This document shows positions 38,301 through 58,990 of a stretch of DNA of 64,000 nt, piece after piece (the stretch's first letter is position 1; each line of letters begins with the position of its first letter). The stretch comes from Balanoglossus misakiensis (taxonomy: Eukaryota; Animalia; Hemichordata). Location of the stretch: the NCBI GenBank assembly GCA_040954595.2, contig CM082582.2:4820303-4884302 (forward strand), given 5' to 3'. The notes beneath the pieces were generated by a model. The model saw only the letters and a program-made list of their open reading frames with translations. It was not told the DNA's origin and made no database searches. Made by a program: the position numbers and the translations under genes.

Positions 38301-40933
38301 CATCTGTAAGTTGTACAGCCATGCAGAGCAATAACACTTTTTGTGTTGCTGATAAATGTATATGGATTTTTTTACAGTACCTCGTCCCAGCAACCATCTG
38401 TGATAGAACCACGCACTTTGGTCGTTTGGATCAGTGAAGAATGCATTTTGTACCAGCTCATATTCTGAAAACAAAAATTATATGATACCTATTTAGTACA
38501 CTGATAATGTGATTTGGTTAATTAACCCTGGTTAATTGTGCCGTGGGGTGTTCTAAAAATAAGCAGATTTTGTACGTACCTTTATGGAGTATATCTTCAC
38601 GGACTCTCTCTCTCTTTTCAGGATCAGGATAAAGAACTGGTAATAATTTACTTCGATAATGCCAAGATGAAAAATTGGAGAAATTGCTACTAATTTTTGT
38701 ATTGGTGTATTCCACTTCATCTTCAGTTGGCACTTGTGATCTCTGGACAACGAATCTACGATAATCCCAGCAATGAACTGAATTACATAAGATATAAACA
38801 ATGTCAGAAAACTTCATTTGAAAAGTGGTGAAGTTGTTTTTCTTTGCTTCATGTGAAAGTTTAACGCATTATATTTGCATACTCAGATTTATGTGAATAA
38901 TTGTTGTTATGCAAATTATGCACACATTATGCAAATTAGCCACAACGCTATGGAGAGAACACTGTAATGATTCTAAATGATTCGTGCCATTAACTCAGAA
39001 ATCAAAGTAATGCTCTCCTATTCAAGTGCTTGCTCTTTGAGAAGACATGTACACATTTGTTTACTAATACTATGGTTACCACTATTTTTATATCCATGTA
39101 ATATGAGATCATCGATAACCAATTCATTATCTATCAAAGCGACACTTCATATTTCAAACAACAACATAATCAATCACAATTCCAATTTTCATTTTGTATA
39201 CTTACAATTTCTTTCATCATATTCTAAGAATTTATTACATAATTCTAGTTCCATCTTCCAATCAGGGTTCGGCATTGTGTCCATAACAAAGCATCTATGG
39301 TGCCAGACTCCATAAGCTTTGGGATTCTGTTTCAGGCAGCTCTCAAGGAAAAACAGCTCTTTCCTGAAGATCACTTCCATTTCTTCAGGTGTTCTGAAAT
39401 TATGAGAAGTTAAATCTTATCAAAAAGAGGTCTCGCCATATTGAAGCCCCAGTCACCACTAAAAGTTTTTCAGTATTTTTGCTCTGTCTATATTTTCAAA
39501 CTACATTCCTTGAAACGTCTTGATGACCCAGTACTTAGCCTGCATATGTGTGAAGTGAAAACTTCTGATCTATATGTCATATCAAGACATCAAATTAATG
39601 CAACTGTGATCGATAACACACATACAAACACAGGCTGTGTTGACAAGCTGAATAGCAGCTATTGAGAATGCTTACTCCGGAAAACAATGGGTTTGGACAG
39701 AACCATGGTGGTGAAAGGGTTCAGGTGGATAGTCTTGTTTGCAGAAAAATGCAATTGAGAAGGTAATTTTACATTGTATATTGTACACCATATTCATATC
39801 TCTCTACTTGTCCAAGAAAGTAGCAGTTACCTTTTCTCCTTGTAATGTAAGAAAATGTCTTTTCTATAATTCCACATGGTTGTGAAGTCTGAGTTGGCAG
39901 TCAGGAGTTGACCAGTGATTCCTAAAGCTTCTTCATCAAACTCTCCATTTGCACGCTATACAGAACATAAGACATTTCAAATGTTAAGAGGGATGATTAG
40001 GGTAAGTCATGTTTTTTTCTCTGATATCTGAAGGAATGCTTTTTATGTAAGTTTTAGAATCATATGGAGTTCATTTTCATAACATTTATACTGAAGAAAC
40101 ACTCTATGTTGAATCCACTATTCCATTTATCAGTTTACAAATATCAGACTTTCTTTTCAACAATTCATAGGGTTCTGCTGTATATATCCAGATCCATCAG
40201 TCTCAGCCTTACCTTCTGTAGTGCTTTCTGTGTAGCACCACTGAAAAGTTGCAATTTTTTCTCTCTTTCTTTTCTCTTCGCTTCCTGCTGTTCAGCTGTT
40301 GTTTTCACTTTTATACGGCCATGCTGCATGGTTATGAATGTTAATTGAAGGTTAACATGTGTGATACAGTATTTTTCTGATCCCTTTACAATTGTACATT
40401 TGAACAAGGGACTATGCAGGCAGGGTTAATAAAAAGAGCACATGATCATTGATGCATGAAAGCTCTGACCCTTATTCATGTTACATGTATATTTATTTGC
40501 TTCACTTTGTTTGTTCACGTTTATTTGTTTGTTTGTTCATGTATGAACGATTTGTTTGAATGAATGAATGAATGAATGAATGAATGAATGAATGAATGAA
40601 TGAATGAATGAATACTTTATTTGTAATGAAAATCAATATAATGTACATATAAAACAACATTCATACAATACATACAAACCAACAAGGGGTAGAGTACCTT
40701 TGTAGCCGACTGTAATCTAGCTGCAGTTCAGTAGCTCGAGGTTTTGTCTTGGTTGAGTGTGTGTGTAGACGGAAAACACAAAACCAAGGCAAAATCTCGA
40801 GCTACTGAACTGCAGCTATGCCTATGATGAATCATGACTCAGACATTGGTAGTGGTACGGTGAGAAAACCGATCGGCTCATGATTTGCGAACTCTCATTC
40901 TGTATAAATATGTGTTGTAATCGAACTTACCAT
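35359..40933 (-). CDS. RABGGTA: Rab geranylgeranyltransferase alpha subunit (PFTA repeats, Ig-like insert, LRR)
   Basis: ATG-only first coding exon (40933-40931, ATG|GTAAG), then [24 protein letters not shown] (from 40323), [107 protein letters not shown], and C-terminal LRRs ending LQGNPVC...NGNDL*. Confidence 0.96.
35774..35944. mobile_element. hAT-type MITE with 8-bp TSD, inside the last RABGGTA intron
   Basis: GATGGGAA|CAGTGTGCCCTCTAA...TTATAGGGCACACTA|GATGGGGA. Confidence 0.82.
40556..40613. repeat. (GAAT)n microsatellite
   Basis: Perfect tetranucleotide run. Confidence 0.95.
40718..40818. mobile_element. Hairpin MITE-like element with ~37 bp inverted arms
   Basis: TAGCTGCAGTTCAGTAGCTCGAGGTTTTGTCTTGGTT / AACCAAGGCAAAATCTCGAGCTACTGAACTGCAGCTA. 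Confidence 0.7.
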
Positions 40934-41104
40934 TTTGACAATTCCGAAACGAATTCGGTTCGTTGATTAACTATCTTCCCGTGAAATTTATGTGAAATGT
41001 ACAGTAATCTCAATGCGATGCCGACAGACACAAGGCGGAAGTAATGCTCCGGGGTCAAAGTTCATGACCTTGCAGCTCAGGTCAAGCCAGCCAGCAGCAG
41101 CAGG
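40934..41104. promoter_or_regulatory. Compact bidirectional promoter between RABGGTA and OTUD6B
   Basis: Only 171 bp separate the two ATGs; ETS-type GGCGGAAGT at ~41034-41042. Confidence 0.7.
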
Positions 41105-44100
41105 ATGGCAGACAACGATGATGATTCGACTGCAGAAGAAAGACTTACACAGAAACACAAGAAGGAAAGAAAAGAACTGCAAGGTAACCAATAACTGGCA
41201 TCGTTTGTTTTTCTCAGTTTTATCTTTTATGAAAGTTCCGTATTGGCAAATGATGGAATATCCTAGCACCATGTGTTTGACATCATGTTTTGTATCACAG
41301 GCCAGATACAGGCAATGAAACATGCCGTGCCAAAAGGCGACAAGAAGAAAAAGAAAGAAGTTACAGCAGAAATTGCTAAACTTGAGGCTGCCCTTGATCA
41401 GAAACAAGAACAAGAACTCAAGGAACTGAAGGTGTCTGCAGCAACAGATGCAGTGGTAGGAATTTGATTTATTCTGGTTGAAGTGAAATCTGACAATGAT
41501 TCCTCAATATGATTCTTAAATTTATAGTTGCTTTGCTTGAAAAATTGCCCATGAGACTTTGTCTGCTTAAAATGCTGTAAAATTAATGGGAGGTATCCTA
41601 TAGCAAATTCCTTATCATAATGGCCACTTTTTCCTGCTTGGATTTTGACACATTTTAACTTTCATCATTGCATTTCATTGGTGCTTTAGTTTCAATAGGA
41701 TTTTGAACGTTTGTGTCAGGATACAAAGGTTAAAGTAGTTTTGTCAAAATTTTGTATTATTGAAGTATCATTTTTTGTTTTGAACATTGAAAATTCACTT
41801 GTGGTATTTTGCACAGGTATCTGACATTGCTGCAGATGTTGAGAGTTTAGAATTAGCAGCAACAGCTGACAGACCTCAAAAGAAATCCAAAGCACAAAAG
41901 AGAAAGGTAAGACTTTGACATTTTCATCACAGTCACCTACACATTCTACCGGTATTAGGCTGCTTTTGGTTTGTTTTATTTACTTCAGTATGACAATGTG
42001 ACCTTAAACTTTTCAGGAGAAGAAAGCTGCCAAAGAAAAAGAGAAAGAAGAGCGAATAGCAGAGGAAGAAGCCAATAATATTTACAGTGCAAGAAATATT
42101 GAAGCTGGAAAGTTGAAATCCATTCTTGTACAGCGCGAACTTGGCATTAAAGAGGTAATAGCTGGGGCACCTAAGGGAGTGTAGTCTTTGAATGTAAATA
42201 ATAGCTTTGACACCATGTAGGATGGCTTGTACAGGGAAACTGCTGCTAGAGGAATGAAATCCACAATAGCTTTGAGCACATTTTGATGTTGAGGGCGTAA
42301 ACCAAGATGGCTGACAGCAATGACAGAGCAAGCGGTGGTACTGTCTACATTAAAACCGAATATGAGAAACCAAAAAGTAAATCATAGCATTGTATTTTTG
42401 TGTGAATGCAGATCTCTTCTGACGGACATTGTCTTTACAATGCTGTTCAAGATCAATTACGGAGACAGGGAATTCAGGTTTGTTGGATACCGTGTTTTGC
42501 CATTGTGCACCCAAGCAAAGAACATGGTTAATTAATTTATTATTATTTATTACCCTTTATTCCGAGAGCATGCTCATAAAAAATAAAGGAAAACAATTAA
42601 AGCAGACAAAACAAACAAAAACAAAAATGTTACTAGACAAATTTTCAGATACTGTTGCATCCAAGCAAGAAATAACATGGAAACTGATGTTTTTATTTTG
42701 TTACTTTGTAGACATCATTAGAAAGTTTGCGTAAACAGACATCAGAATATATGCTTGAGCATGCTGATGAATTCCTGCCATTTTTAATCAATTCAAATAC
42801 AGGGGATCTTCTAACACAAGGTGAGTTTTACAAATTATCACACCTATAATTACTCTTCCCTTGATTTCTAGAAGAGAGAACAATGTTTTATTTATTGAAG
42901 GTTTCATTGCAATGTATAACCAGAGCGTAAATCACGTTTTCTTCTCAAAAAATTCCTTCTAAATGTTGTTCTGTGTTGCCACTTTAATTAATTAACACAG
43001 AGAAACAAAGTGAAATGGTTAAAAGAAAAACAGTACAAATTGGATGTAATGTCTCAGATTTTCAGACCTTCTTCACTTGTTTTTGCTCCTTTTCAGATGA
43101 ATATCAAAAATATTGTTCAGATGTTGCCAATACAACTGCGTGGGGAGGACAACATGAAGTACGTTTAGTATAAATGTGTATTTTATTAGTCTCTGTATAA
43201 TAACCTTGTTATGGTTTGCATTGTTGTCCGGACATAAATTCAGTTTGTGGGGAGTAGAGCAAGAAACTGTAGTTGATATATGCAGAATAAATATACGCAA
43301 ACCATTATCAAAAATTACAACTATTTCTTCAATAATTGCCCAGGGCTTTTCAAATATCAACTATAACACAAAGAGTACTATGATACTGTAATGTTCTGTA
43401 CTGTATTATGCTGTACTGAATTGTGCTGCATGCTACTGTACAGTCTGCACTGTACTGTACTGTGAATGTACCGGCAGTCTGTAATAACTGGCATATATGG
43501 ATTTCAATTCTAGATCAAAGCATTATCCCATATTTTTCAACACTCTATCGAAGTAATTCAAGCTGACGCACCTCCTTTAATAATTGGAGAAGAATTCTCC
43601 AAAACCAGAACTCCTCTTATTTTATCGTGAGTATCAATTACAGTTTACAAATTTATACATGTATACCTCATCTGTAACTCCAAAGCACGTATTGGTGAAA
43701 GTTCCATGAATACTCAAGGAAGCTAAGGTGTAACCAATCACCTGTAAGACCTGGAAATATGTGCCAAATGATCGAGAAATTCAAAAGTGGACTAAAGAAA
43801 TCAATGTCATGTATCTGTGTTGTCCAACTGACATTGGACAATACAGTCAAACCCCTGTTAGTGGCCACCCCTATATAGTGGCCACTTTGTTACAGTCCCT
43901 GTGTAATCCACATGTGTATTAATTAACCCCATATAAAGGCCACCTGTCTATAAAGGCCTGTTTAGGAAAGTCACTTGACTGGCCACTATAGACTGTAAAT
44001 GCGCAAGTTTTTTTATTTTTTTTGTCTTTTTATGCAGGTATCACAGACACGCCTATGGTCTTGGGGAACATTATAATTCAGTTATAGCCGGCCAATTAAC

Positions 44101-44125
44101 AGAACAGTCTGATGAAGAATCATAA
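41105..44125 (+). CDS. OTUD6B: OTU deubiquitinase 6B-like, 9 coding exons
   Basis: MADNDDD...[31 protein letters not shown]...; catalytic [10 protein letters not shown] (~42412-42477); EFLPFL; [22 protein letters not shown]; [15 protein letters not shown]; stop 44123-44125. Confidence 0.95.
43842..43997. mobile_element. Tc1/pogo-type MITE with internal GGCCAC repeats
   Basis: TACAGTC...GACTGTA ends; a similar degenerate element lies at ~22604-22748. Confidence 0.6.
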
Positions 44126-45187
44126 CACAAACTGTCTTATTTGGGGAACGTAGACTGCAATTTGTACATTGTACTTTTCCTATTTTGTATTAAATTTATC
44201 ACATGCAAGTAAATGTGGAGATCATATTTCTCCATGTCTTTTTATTGGTGTCAGTAGTAGTCAAAATTATCTCTTCAAATTTTTATGTGGCTGTCAAAGT
44301 GTCAATATTAAATGATACAACAAACTGAATGGATGATCATGATCACATAGTATTCCTGACTGGTAATGATAGGTTTAGATTACTATCATGCTTTGATAGA
44401 AATGTTACTATAATTCCAAGGCAATCTTACCCCGATAAGGTCTCTGTGATATGTATTGTACTATACAGTGAAAAATAAACTTGATCAAACAATTTGAATT
44501 AAAATTGCATTTATTTCTTGTAAAGGTTCCTGTACAATACACTATATAATTCCATGGCCTTTTTTGCCCAAACTGCGCCATAAGTTATACAAGCAATATG
44601 GTATTGTTTATTTTCATGAGATTTACATGTATTTGGGAATCTGTTTCCGAAACAGCGCCCTCTCAGTCAGTGCGTAAAAATCGTCGAGTAAAAATGGAAC
44701 AAATACACAAGATGGCCGCTCCCATGTCATCCGTTGAAGAATAGTCAACGTGGACTTTGAGACATGGAGCAAAGGGTATCTCTGAAGATGCGTAGGTTTG
44801 TTTAAAGTGTGATAGATAGAATAATGCCCCGTATGTCCGAAGATCCAAACGATTCAATGAGGGTGCATAAGTGGCAATGGTCGTCGTGAGCGGGTCGGAC
44901 TAAATAACGGCGACCGTCAGTGGTGTGCGGCAAGTTGAGTTTGTATATCCCTGCGAAACCGACGTTTATGAGGCGTGAATCTGTCTTCTTGTGCTGACTC
45001 TCGTGTTTATCAACCGACAGAACGTGTGAATAATAGTCGCTGACTTCATGACATACGACATATCATCGGTGTTGTCTTTTATCCTTTCAAAGACCGCGGG
45101 AGGTCTGCAGAGTCACGTCAGTATAACCTCAACAAGATCGTTGTCAGAGTCCACGGGATTTAGGTGTACGTCCAGTCACGCACTACA

Positions 45188-51692
<6,505 letters not shown>

Positions 51693-53061
51693 CATTGAAC
51701 TTGACCTTTAGTCAATGCAGTGTCTTTCCATGACATTTATACACTATTTTGATCAAGAGTAAACGTACACACAAAATGAGCACAATATAGTTAATTAACC
51801 AAAGAGTCCAGATTTCTAATTTTTTTAAACAAGATTTCTTTTTTTCTCAGAGTATTTTTAAATATCTTGCAATAAGAAAAGACTTGGTACAAATTTGTAG
51901 AACTGTAATTTAGTTTATTATAGAAATCATGTGCCAGTCTTTCATCGCCTGTGTGCTATGTTTCTAAGTGAGATCTGATGGTATTTATTGTATGTCAGTT
52001 TTTACCGAGAGACTTAAGACAGATACTTTTTACCCTTTCGTATTAAGATGCAAAATTTCCAGTCACCTAGGACAAGCTGTTTCTCATAGCTCTGTCGTGC
52101 TTTATTTTAACATTTACAAGTTAACCGTGATGTAGATGCACAGCGTACACATCGTGGAGTCTGATTCTTGTATTTGCCTGTGATTGATAGATTTCTTTCA
52201 AAAAATATTTCTGAGAATTGTTTTTGTGTCGTGATTGTTAGTGTTAATTGTGTGGCTTTAACTATTGACATCTCTACTCTACAAAAAAAGACAGAATACA
52301 TGTATTTATGATAAACTTTTGAATGTACATCACCGTGCCTCTAAAACTTACAAGTTGACTTGAATATGTCGAACGCAAATTTATTTGAATGAATATGCAA
52401 TGCGTCCAAACATAGTGAATACAGTGTAGTTATTTATACAATACGAAATCCATTGCCATTGTTATCCAGAGAACTGCCTTACCAGTAATCCCAATCAACC
52501 AAGTTCATGTTGTTAGGAACCAATGCAATATCATTCCAATATGTGGCATTCATATAAACATTTCCCTATCTCTGGTTCATATTGTAGTCAATTCTCCCTA
52601 CCTTAAATAGGTTTTGGCTACCTAGGTGGGTGATAAAAATCTCACATGGTCCACACAATTTCAAGATGGCCGATTTTTGCCATGTTTAAGGAATAGGAGT
52701 TCATAAGCTAAAGTGATGATGGGTCATTCTGAAACTTTTTAATAGAAAAAATAACAAAATATAAAAAAAGTTTAATGAGTTTAATATGCTAACTACAGAC
52801 AGACATGTTTGACCAATGGAAGTCATGAAATACAGTAAATATATCATTTCTTCTATCTCTTACTACAGTGGGTTGTCGACTTTTCGACCAGAATGCAATG
52901 TGATTTGACCCCCTAGCGCAAAGTGAAAACCTATTTAAGGCAGCCACAATTAAAATTCCTATATGTACCTTGATAGTCCAATGACATCTATGGACCTTTG
53001 CCAATGATTAGTACATGTAAGTATTGTGTGATATAAAATTGTCAGTGACGTCAGATACCAA

Positions 53062-53154
53062 GAATCCCTTTAACCACCATGGTTCAGTCCAAATCCATTG
53101 TTTTCTATGGTTAAGTTGGACCTCTATAGAGGGAACTGGGGGTGAAAGGATTAA
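53062..53154. mobile_element. piggyBac-type MITE, opposite orientation
   Basis: Reverse complement of the 18669 and 50511 copies. Confidence 0.8.
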
Positions 53155-54829
53155 TGTGTGCCTTTGTAATTGGTAGACAAAAAGTGTTATTGCAATATTG
53201 TGACTTAAGTTCTTCACACGTATTTCAATATTATTTTCTAACAATTATTTGCTTTACTGATGATTTTTTTAAGTTTCCATGTCAACTGATGTCAGTGATG
53301 GCTGACTGAAGTCATTGATCAATCAGTAGCTGGATTTTTTAACATTATTTTTAGGATTTTAGTTTTTGAGCAAAGCGAGGACAATTAGGAAACACCCCTG
53401 ATGCGATTGGTCAACTTTCCCAATTGGCCTCGCTTTGACTTCAAAATTCAAGATGGCCGTGTGAGGGCGCTAGACTCATGGAAAGGGTGTATGGCAAAAG
53501 TTTTCAAGATATTAGAGCTTTTCTTGGACTCTTGTTAACTATTATGAAACATTCTACACCTGTTAACTCGTCATTTGTAAAACAGTTTTTCTTATGCCAG
53601 TTCTAACTACAGGGATTGGTGTGTGGATGGGTCAGAATGTTGCAAAGACATGTTTCTTAATAATACGGTGATGACCATGATATGTGCAATCTTGGCCAGA
53701 CAGTTTATTGTACAGTGACACGAACTGTCACGTCAGTGCCTTACATGTACATTAGAATAGTTACTACAGTAGTATGGGTGATTATGTCAGACAATACTTG
53801 GTGCAACTCCCCAGAACTTTACGCACATTTCATCAGGTTTCATTGTGAATAAAGAGTTTGTATGTGAATCATAAATAAATAAGTACCGGGTACATGTAAA
53901 ATAATGGTATGTTTTTTGACAATTTTGCAAGTAGATCGGTTGTATCTGTCACGACAGTGTGCTCTCTAAGCCCATATGATGGGCCACTGACCCAACAAAC
54001 TCAAGAAAATTATCCACACTACTCAAGAGAAATTTGTAGAAATCCTCAAATTGACTTCACATTGAAGTAATAGTCCCTTCACATTCCATTCATCCACCCT
54101 CCCTCCATCATGTAAATACTATAAATGAAATAAAATAAATATTACACTAGCTGATGTCATTGCTTTTTCTTTGTCATAAACTATAGAACTCTTCACAGTT
54201 ACACTTAAACAGCTAAGTTGTCACCAGATGGATGGATACAGGTCTGGCTCGCGAGAATGTAATTTTTGTAGTACGTCTTTCCCTCATAATTCATTGAAGC
54301 TGGTAAAAATCTTTTTCTCAAATTTAAAACCTGACATATAACTTGAAACGTTTCTGTATAAAAAGATCTTGACATTAATTGGTACATGAGTTGATGTGGA
54401 AGAGGCGGGTACGCTCTCTCCAAATAACTTGGCATTTTTCTTTCATTCGAGAGCCTTGCCTTCATCATAGAAAAAAGATAGCCACAGTGCGATTAAAACA
54501 AAAGAATTTCAAGGTTGTTTGCTGTATGGCAGTATGAAACAATTCCCATGATCCTTCACGTTCGCACTAGAGTCACTTTCCGCGCTCCATATCACATGCC
54601 ATTGAAATCTGCAAATCCACAGCGCCGACGAAAACGGGGGAAACTAAACGGACAACGTACGTATTCTTTCGTGCACTCTCATTTTCTTCAGTTGCCTCAA
54701 CCTATGATACACCACCTGTACAGCGGAAACGTCATTCACTGGGCTCCTGCTAAAAGTTTTGAACAGAGTTCAAAGCTCTATTGTTCGCGCTGACCAATTG
54801 GACAAATCAACTGGCTTCCCCCATTCAAG

Positions 54830-55630
54830 ATGGCTGATAATAAACAGAGCCCCGGGTACGTCAAGCGGCCAATGAACGCATTCATGGTGTGGTCGCGTAG
54901 CATGCGGCGAAAGATCCAGCGCGAAAACCCGAAAATGCACAACTCGGAGATCAGCAGAAAGCTGGGCGCCGAATGGAAGATCATGACGGATGCCGAGAAG
55001 CGTCCCTTCATCGAGGAATCCAAACGACTCCAGGCTGTGCACCTCAAGGAACACCCGGATTATAAATACAAACCGAAACGTTCCAAGAAAGCTGGAAACT
55101 CGTCCGTTGCCATCAACTCCCCGGTGATCATTTCTGGCGGTGCGCTGTCCCCGGCCGTGGTCACTCTGGGCATTCCAACCATGGCGCTGGGCACACCCAT
55201 CACCACTGCAGCGATACCGGGCCAGCAGGGCACGATGCCTGTTTTCGGCACGGCTCCTGTGTCGGTGATATCAACAGCGCACGTGCAACAGCAACTACTA
55301 CAACAACAACTCCAACAACAACAACAGCAGCAGCAGCAGCAACTCCAACAACAACAACAACAGCAACTCCAACAACAGCAGCAGCAACAACAACCAGCAA
55401 CCACCGGCAACGCTGTCGTCAGGGCTCCAGTAATTTCAACACAAGTACAACAACAGCCTGCAACCAGTACAGTGGCTGCAGTCCCTGTCAATGTTATTGC
55501 AACCTCCCAGGCGCAGCAAGCGACAAGCAGCAGCAGTTCAACTTCTACCAACCCCGCCACCCCCGCAGCAACTACAGAGAATGGACCAGCTACAACTCAA
55601 CCACAAATGGTCGTCTACATTAGAACTTAA
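54830..55630 (+). CDS. Intronless Sox (SoxB-like HMG box) transcription factor with poly-Q and an A/T/V/P-rich C-terminus
   Basis: [66 protein letters not shown]; good start context AAGATGG; CCAAT at ~54794; locally GC/CpG-rich. Confidence 0.92.
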   Translation: MADNKQSPGYVKRPMNAFMVWSRSMRRKIQRENPKMHNSEISRKLGAEWKIMTDAEKRPFIEESKRLQAVHLKEHPDYKYKPKRSKKAGNSSVAINSPVIISGGALSPAVVTLGIPTMALGTPITTAAIPGQQGTMPVFGTAPVSVISTAHVQQQLLQQQLQQQQQQQQQQLQQQQQQQLQQQQQQQQPATTGNAVVRAPVISTQVQQQPATSTVAAVPVNVIATSQAQQATSSSSSTSTNPATPAATTENGPATTQPQMVVYIRT

Positions 55631-56011
55631 TTCACAAAGTAGAAAAGCTGTTTTGTACCTTATCTTTACCAAAGTAGAAGTAGGTCTTGTACTGCCAATT
55701 TATGGAGCATTTAGTATGGCTTCACAATAACAAACCCATGTACATTTGAGATGAAGGGTTATCTGTACATGTACTCAGAGTTACCAGTTGCATAGCAGTT
55801 ACAAACATTTTGGTATGGGATATCTGCATATGGCACAGACACTAGGCCCAGTGGCAGCATTTCTTTCATCAAAGGGGAGAACAAATTTGATGCTCAACTT
55901 AGTAAATCATTTTGCACATATTGCCTGGCCATTAGGGCTATAGAACCCATTCATTGTCTCAAGAGATTGTGAGTTGCCAGAAATTCTCACTATTTCTTGT
56001 GGCACTGGTGT

Positions 56012-56115
56012 TGGCTGCAATGATTGCAGTGGGTGCTGCTAGGTTGACTGGTGTTCATGGTGATATATGCGAACACAAGTCAACCTGGCAGCACTTGCTA
56101 CAATCACTGCAACTA
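56012..56115. mobile_element. Palindromic MITE-like element related to 8330-8479
   Basis: GCTGCAATGATTGCAGTGGGTGCTGCTAGGTTGACT ... AGTCAACCTGGCAGCACTTGCTACAATCACTGCAACTA. Confidence 0.7.
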
Positions 56116-58809
56116 TGCTTAGGAAAATCGCAAGTGTGTGAAAACACAGAAGGGGGGGGGGGGATAAAAATGGATGCTCATAGCCAGAACAAAGCCAAGC
56201 AATATGTGTTTTTATAACATGATTCATGCTCATGCCACCACCACGTGAGAGAATTTGTAGTCTGCTCACCAAGTAAAAATAATCTTTCATTCTGAATGAC
56301 GTACATGGTGTCACATGAATCTGTCATCAGGATGAAATGAAGTTCGTGCTTGGGTACTAAAAAGGTAAATTTCTCTGTTGTCTGTAGAGCCTCTTTATAA
56401 GTCACAGAGGACAGTGACTGCAAAGAAATTAATGCGACTATTTTCCAAGGGAAATCTGTGTCATTCTGTTTCCTATCTACAACTGTAATGATGATTGTGG
56501 CACAATATGAGCGTGGAGTGTGTTGTAATGCCCACAGAGCACTACTTTCCTTGTAGTGTGGCTGTTTTATTGTTTCAGTGTTTATAATCTCTAAGAGTTA
56601 GCATATCACTTGCCACAAAAAGAAAAAAGAAAAACATGCCCTGATTGCTAATCATGAAAATTAAATTATAATCGCTTTCGTTTTTATGAAATATTATGGA
56701 CCATCCCAACTCTTTCATAATATGTAACTCAGCTTTGTAACCTATTTTCCAGTCACATGATACATTCTGGCCAATTGTAAGCTTGGCATAACCATAGCTG
56801 AGAATGAGTTGGACGATACCATCTTCTAGAATATTTTGTTCTTCATACGTTAGTACGTTTATTGAGTTTTTAAGTGGATTCAAAGTACTTTTCTTGTTTC
56901 TGAAATTTGCATTACATGTAAAGCTGCCACAGAGTAGAACAATCATGATCAAAAAATTATAATTGATAATATGGAGACTTGAAATTAAGTCGGGAGACTT
57001 TTTTAAAATTGTGAAAATTTTAAAATTATAAATGCAAACTGTAATCCATCCAAATACTAATCACTGATTTATGACATATTTATAAATATTAGATGCATTC
57101 TATGATAAAAATTAGTGTACATGTGTTAATAAATAATAATAGTAATATTGCATGTAAACTGTGCTAATCGACTAATTAATCAACTGAGTCAAGTCTAGAA
57201 AGTTGCAATCAGTAGATGACCTCTCTTGCTGCTGAATTATTAAATTGTTGATCGAAGGATGCGGTGATATTTGTCAATGGACAGGAGGTGAGAAAAACTC
57301 TAACCCACATCATCAAGGATTTCAGTCAGTAGCCCAACCTGAGATAAGTATTCATGGTATTTTATTTTTGAGCTTTCATTCCCATGAGGGTCTGTATGTG
57401 CATTTTGTACAACTCATCATGAGAAGGATGTAGGATGTGTATCAGCTGATAATCTTGTGTCATCTGAATATGTTAATTCAACTAATTAAGTCAGCAATGC
57501 ATTATCATACTGTAGTGTCTTAGTGCTGATTTCACGATACAGTTGCCTTAATTAAGTCATTACATGATACTTTGAATAAATTGGGTCATTGTATGTGATG
57601 TATGTTATTAGTACAGCTGTATTTAGAAACTTAATGAGAACATTGCAATTTTACAAGACATGATCATTTTTATTTCAATTGTCTGAATTAATTTAGAAAC
57701 CACTGTTTTGGGGAAATTATACTTTGGTGTTTTTCATTCTAAGTTTTTTTAATATGTTATAGCCATGTGCCATTTTCTTACAGAATATGAGTTAAAATCT
57801 TTAAACTGTTGTAAATTTGTTCTGTTGTTATATGCATGTATGTTATTGTTTGCATTTTATGTCAACGTACAGTGTACCTATCTACATGTACCAGCAAAAT
57901 TTGGTTTTTGATTGCAATTTGTTATCACCTACCTGTCATTTCGATCACAATTCTATCAAAACACCAGAAGTAGATGCAAATAATGTTTCAAGAATATACC
58001 AAAAATTGCGTCGCATTATTGTCAACATCAGTATCCTGGATGTTGATGCTCACACTGTAACCTATACCTCTATACCTCTGTAGAGGTCAAATTTGACCCT
58101 AGAAAGCAATAGATTTTATTTGGACCAAACCACTTTCAAATCTGTAGTGTGAATTTCAATGTTATTGTGCACAGCTTGAGTAATCAAAATCTCAGAATGT
58201 TTCAACTCAGTTTTGTCTCATCTTTGTAATACTGTGCATGCCAATGAAAGCAATGAAAATGCTTGTTTTTTTTTTATCACATTGACAAAAAAGGACTAAA
58301 AGGAGGAAAATATCTGATACACAGTCTGATACACATAGTGTTAGTAAGAAATATGACACTTATAAGTTCTCTGATTTGTGAGTGAAAGAAACAATATGAC
58401 TTGGGAAAACAATGTAAAATATTTTTGATTCAGACAAATGTATGTTTTTATCCAAGAAGTAAATTAGCTCAGGGAGGTTCATTGCAGTTTGGGCGTGTAA
58501 ATGATATAGCCTGTAGTCTCTCGAGAATTATCTGTAAATTTCAAGATAAATGTGGATTCCATTGATATGTATGGACTTTCTATACCAAAGTTTGAGTCCA
58601 TAGATTCAGGTCATAGTGATGTGTTTGTTTCTTGTCACAAACAGACCAATTGACATGGTTTTCATTGAAAAGAAAGAAAGAAATCAGCAAACATCTGTTC
58701 CTACTAACTTGCGACAGAATTTAATAGTCGCTAATTTCAAACACTTGCAAACCCCTGCCAGTTTGGCACTGGTCCTGAGGACCCCACCCATACATTGGCC
58801 AGTCCCAGT

Positions 58810-58990
58810 CAGAGTGTGCCCTTTAAGTCCATATGACAAACCACTGACTGAACAAACTCACTGGTGACTAAAGAAAATTATCCACACTACATGCAAATTG
58901 TATAGGGCTGACTCAGAGAAAATTTTAGTATAGAAATCCTCAAATTGACTCAAAAGCTTTTAAAAATTATTTTTGTTAGATGGTACACTG
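58810..58990. mobile_element. hAT-type MITE copy
   Basis: Homologous to 22246-22409; flanks GTCCCAGT/GTCCCATC. Confidence 0.75.

Noticed and set aside
55060-55560. Minus-strand poly-Cys and poly-Val/Ala ORFs
   Set aside because: Antisense shadows of the CAA/CAG poly-Q tract in the Sox gene.
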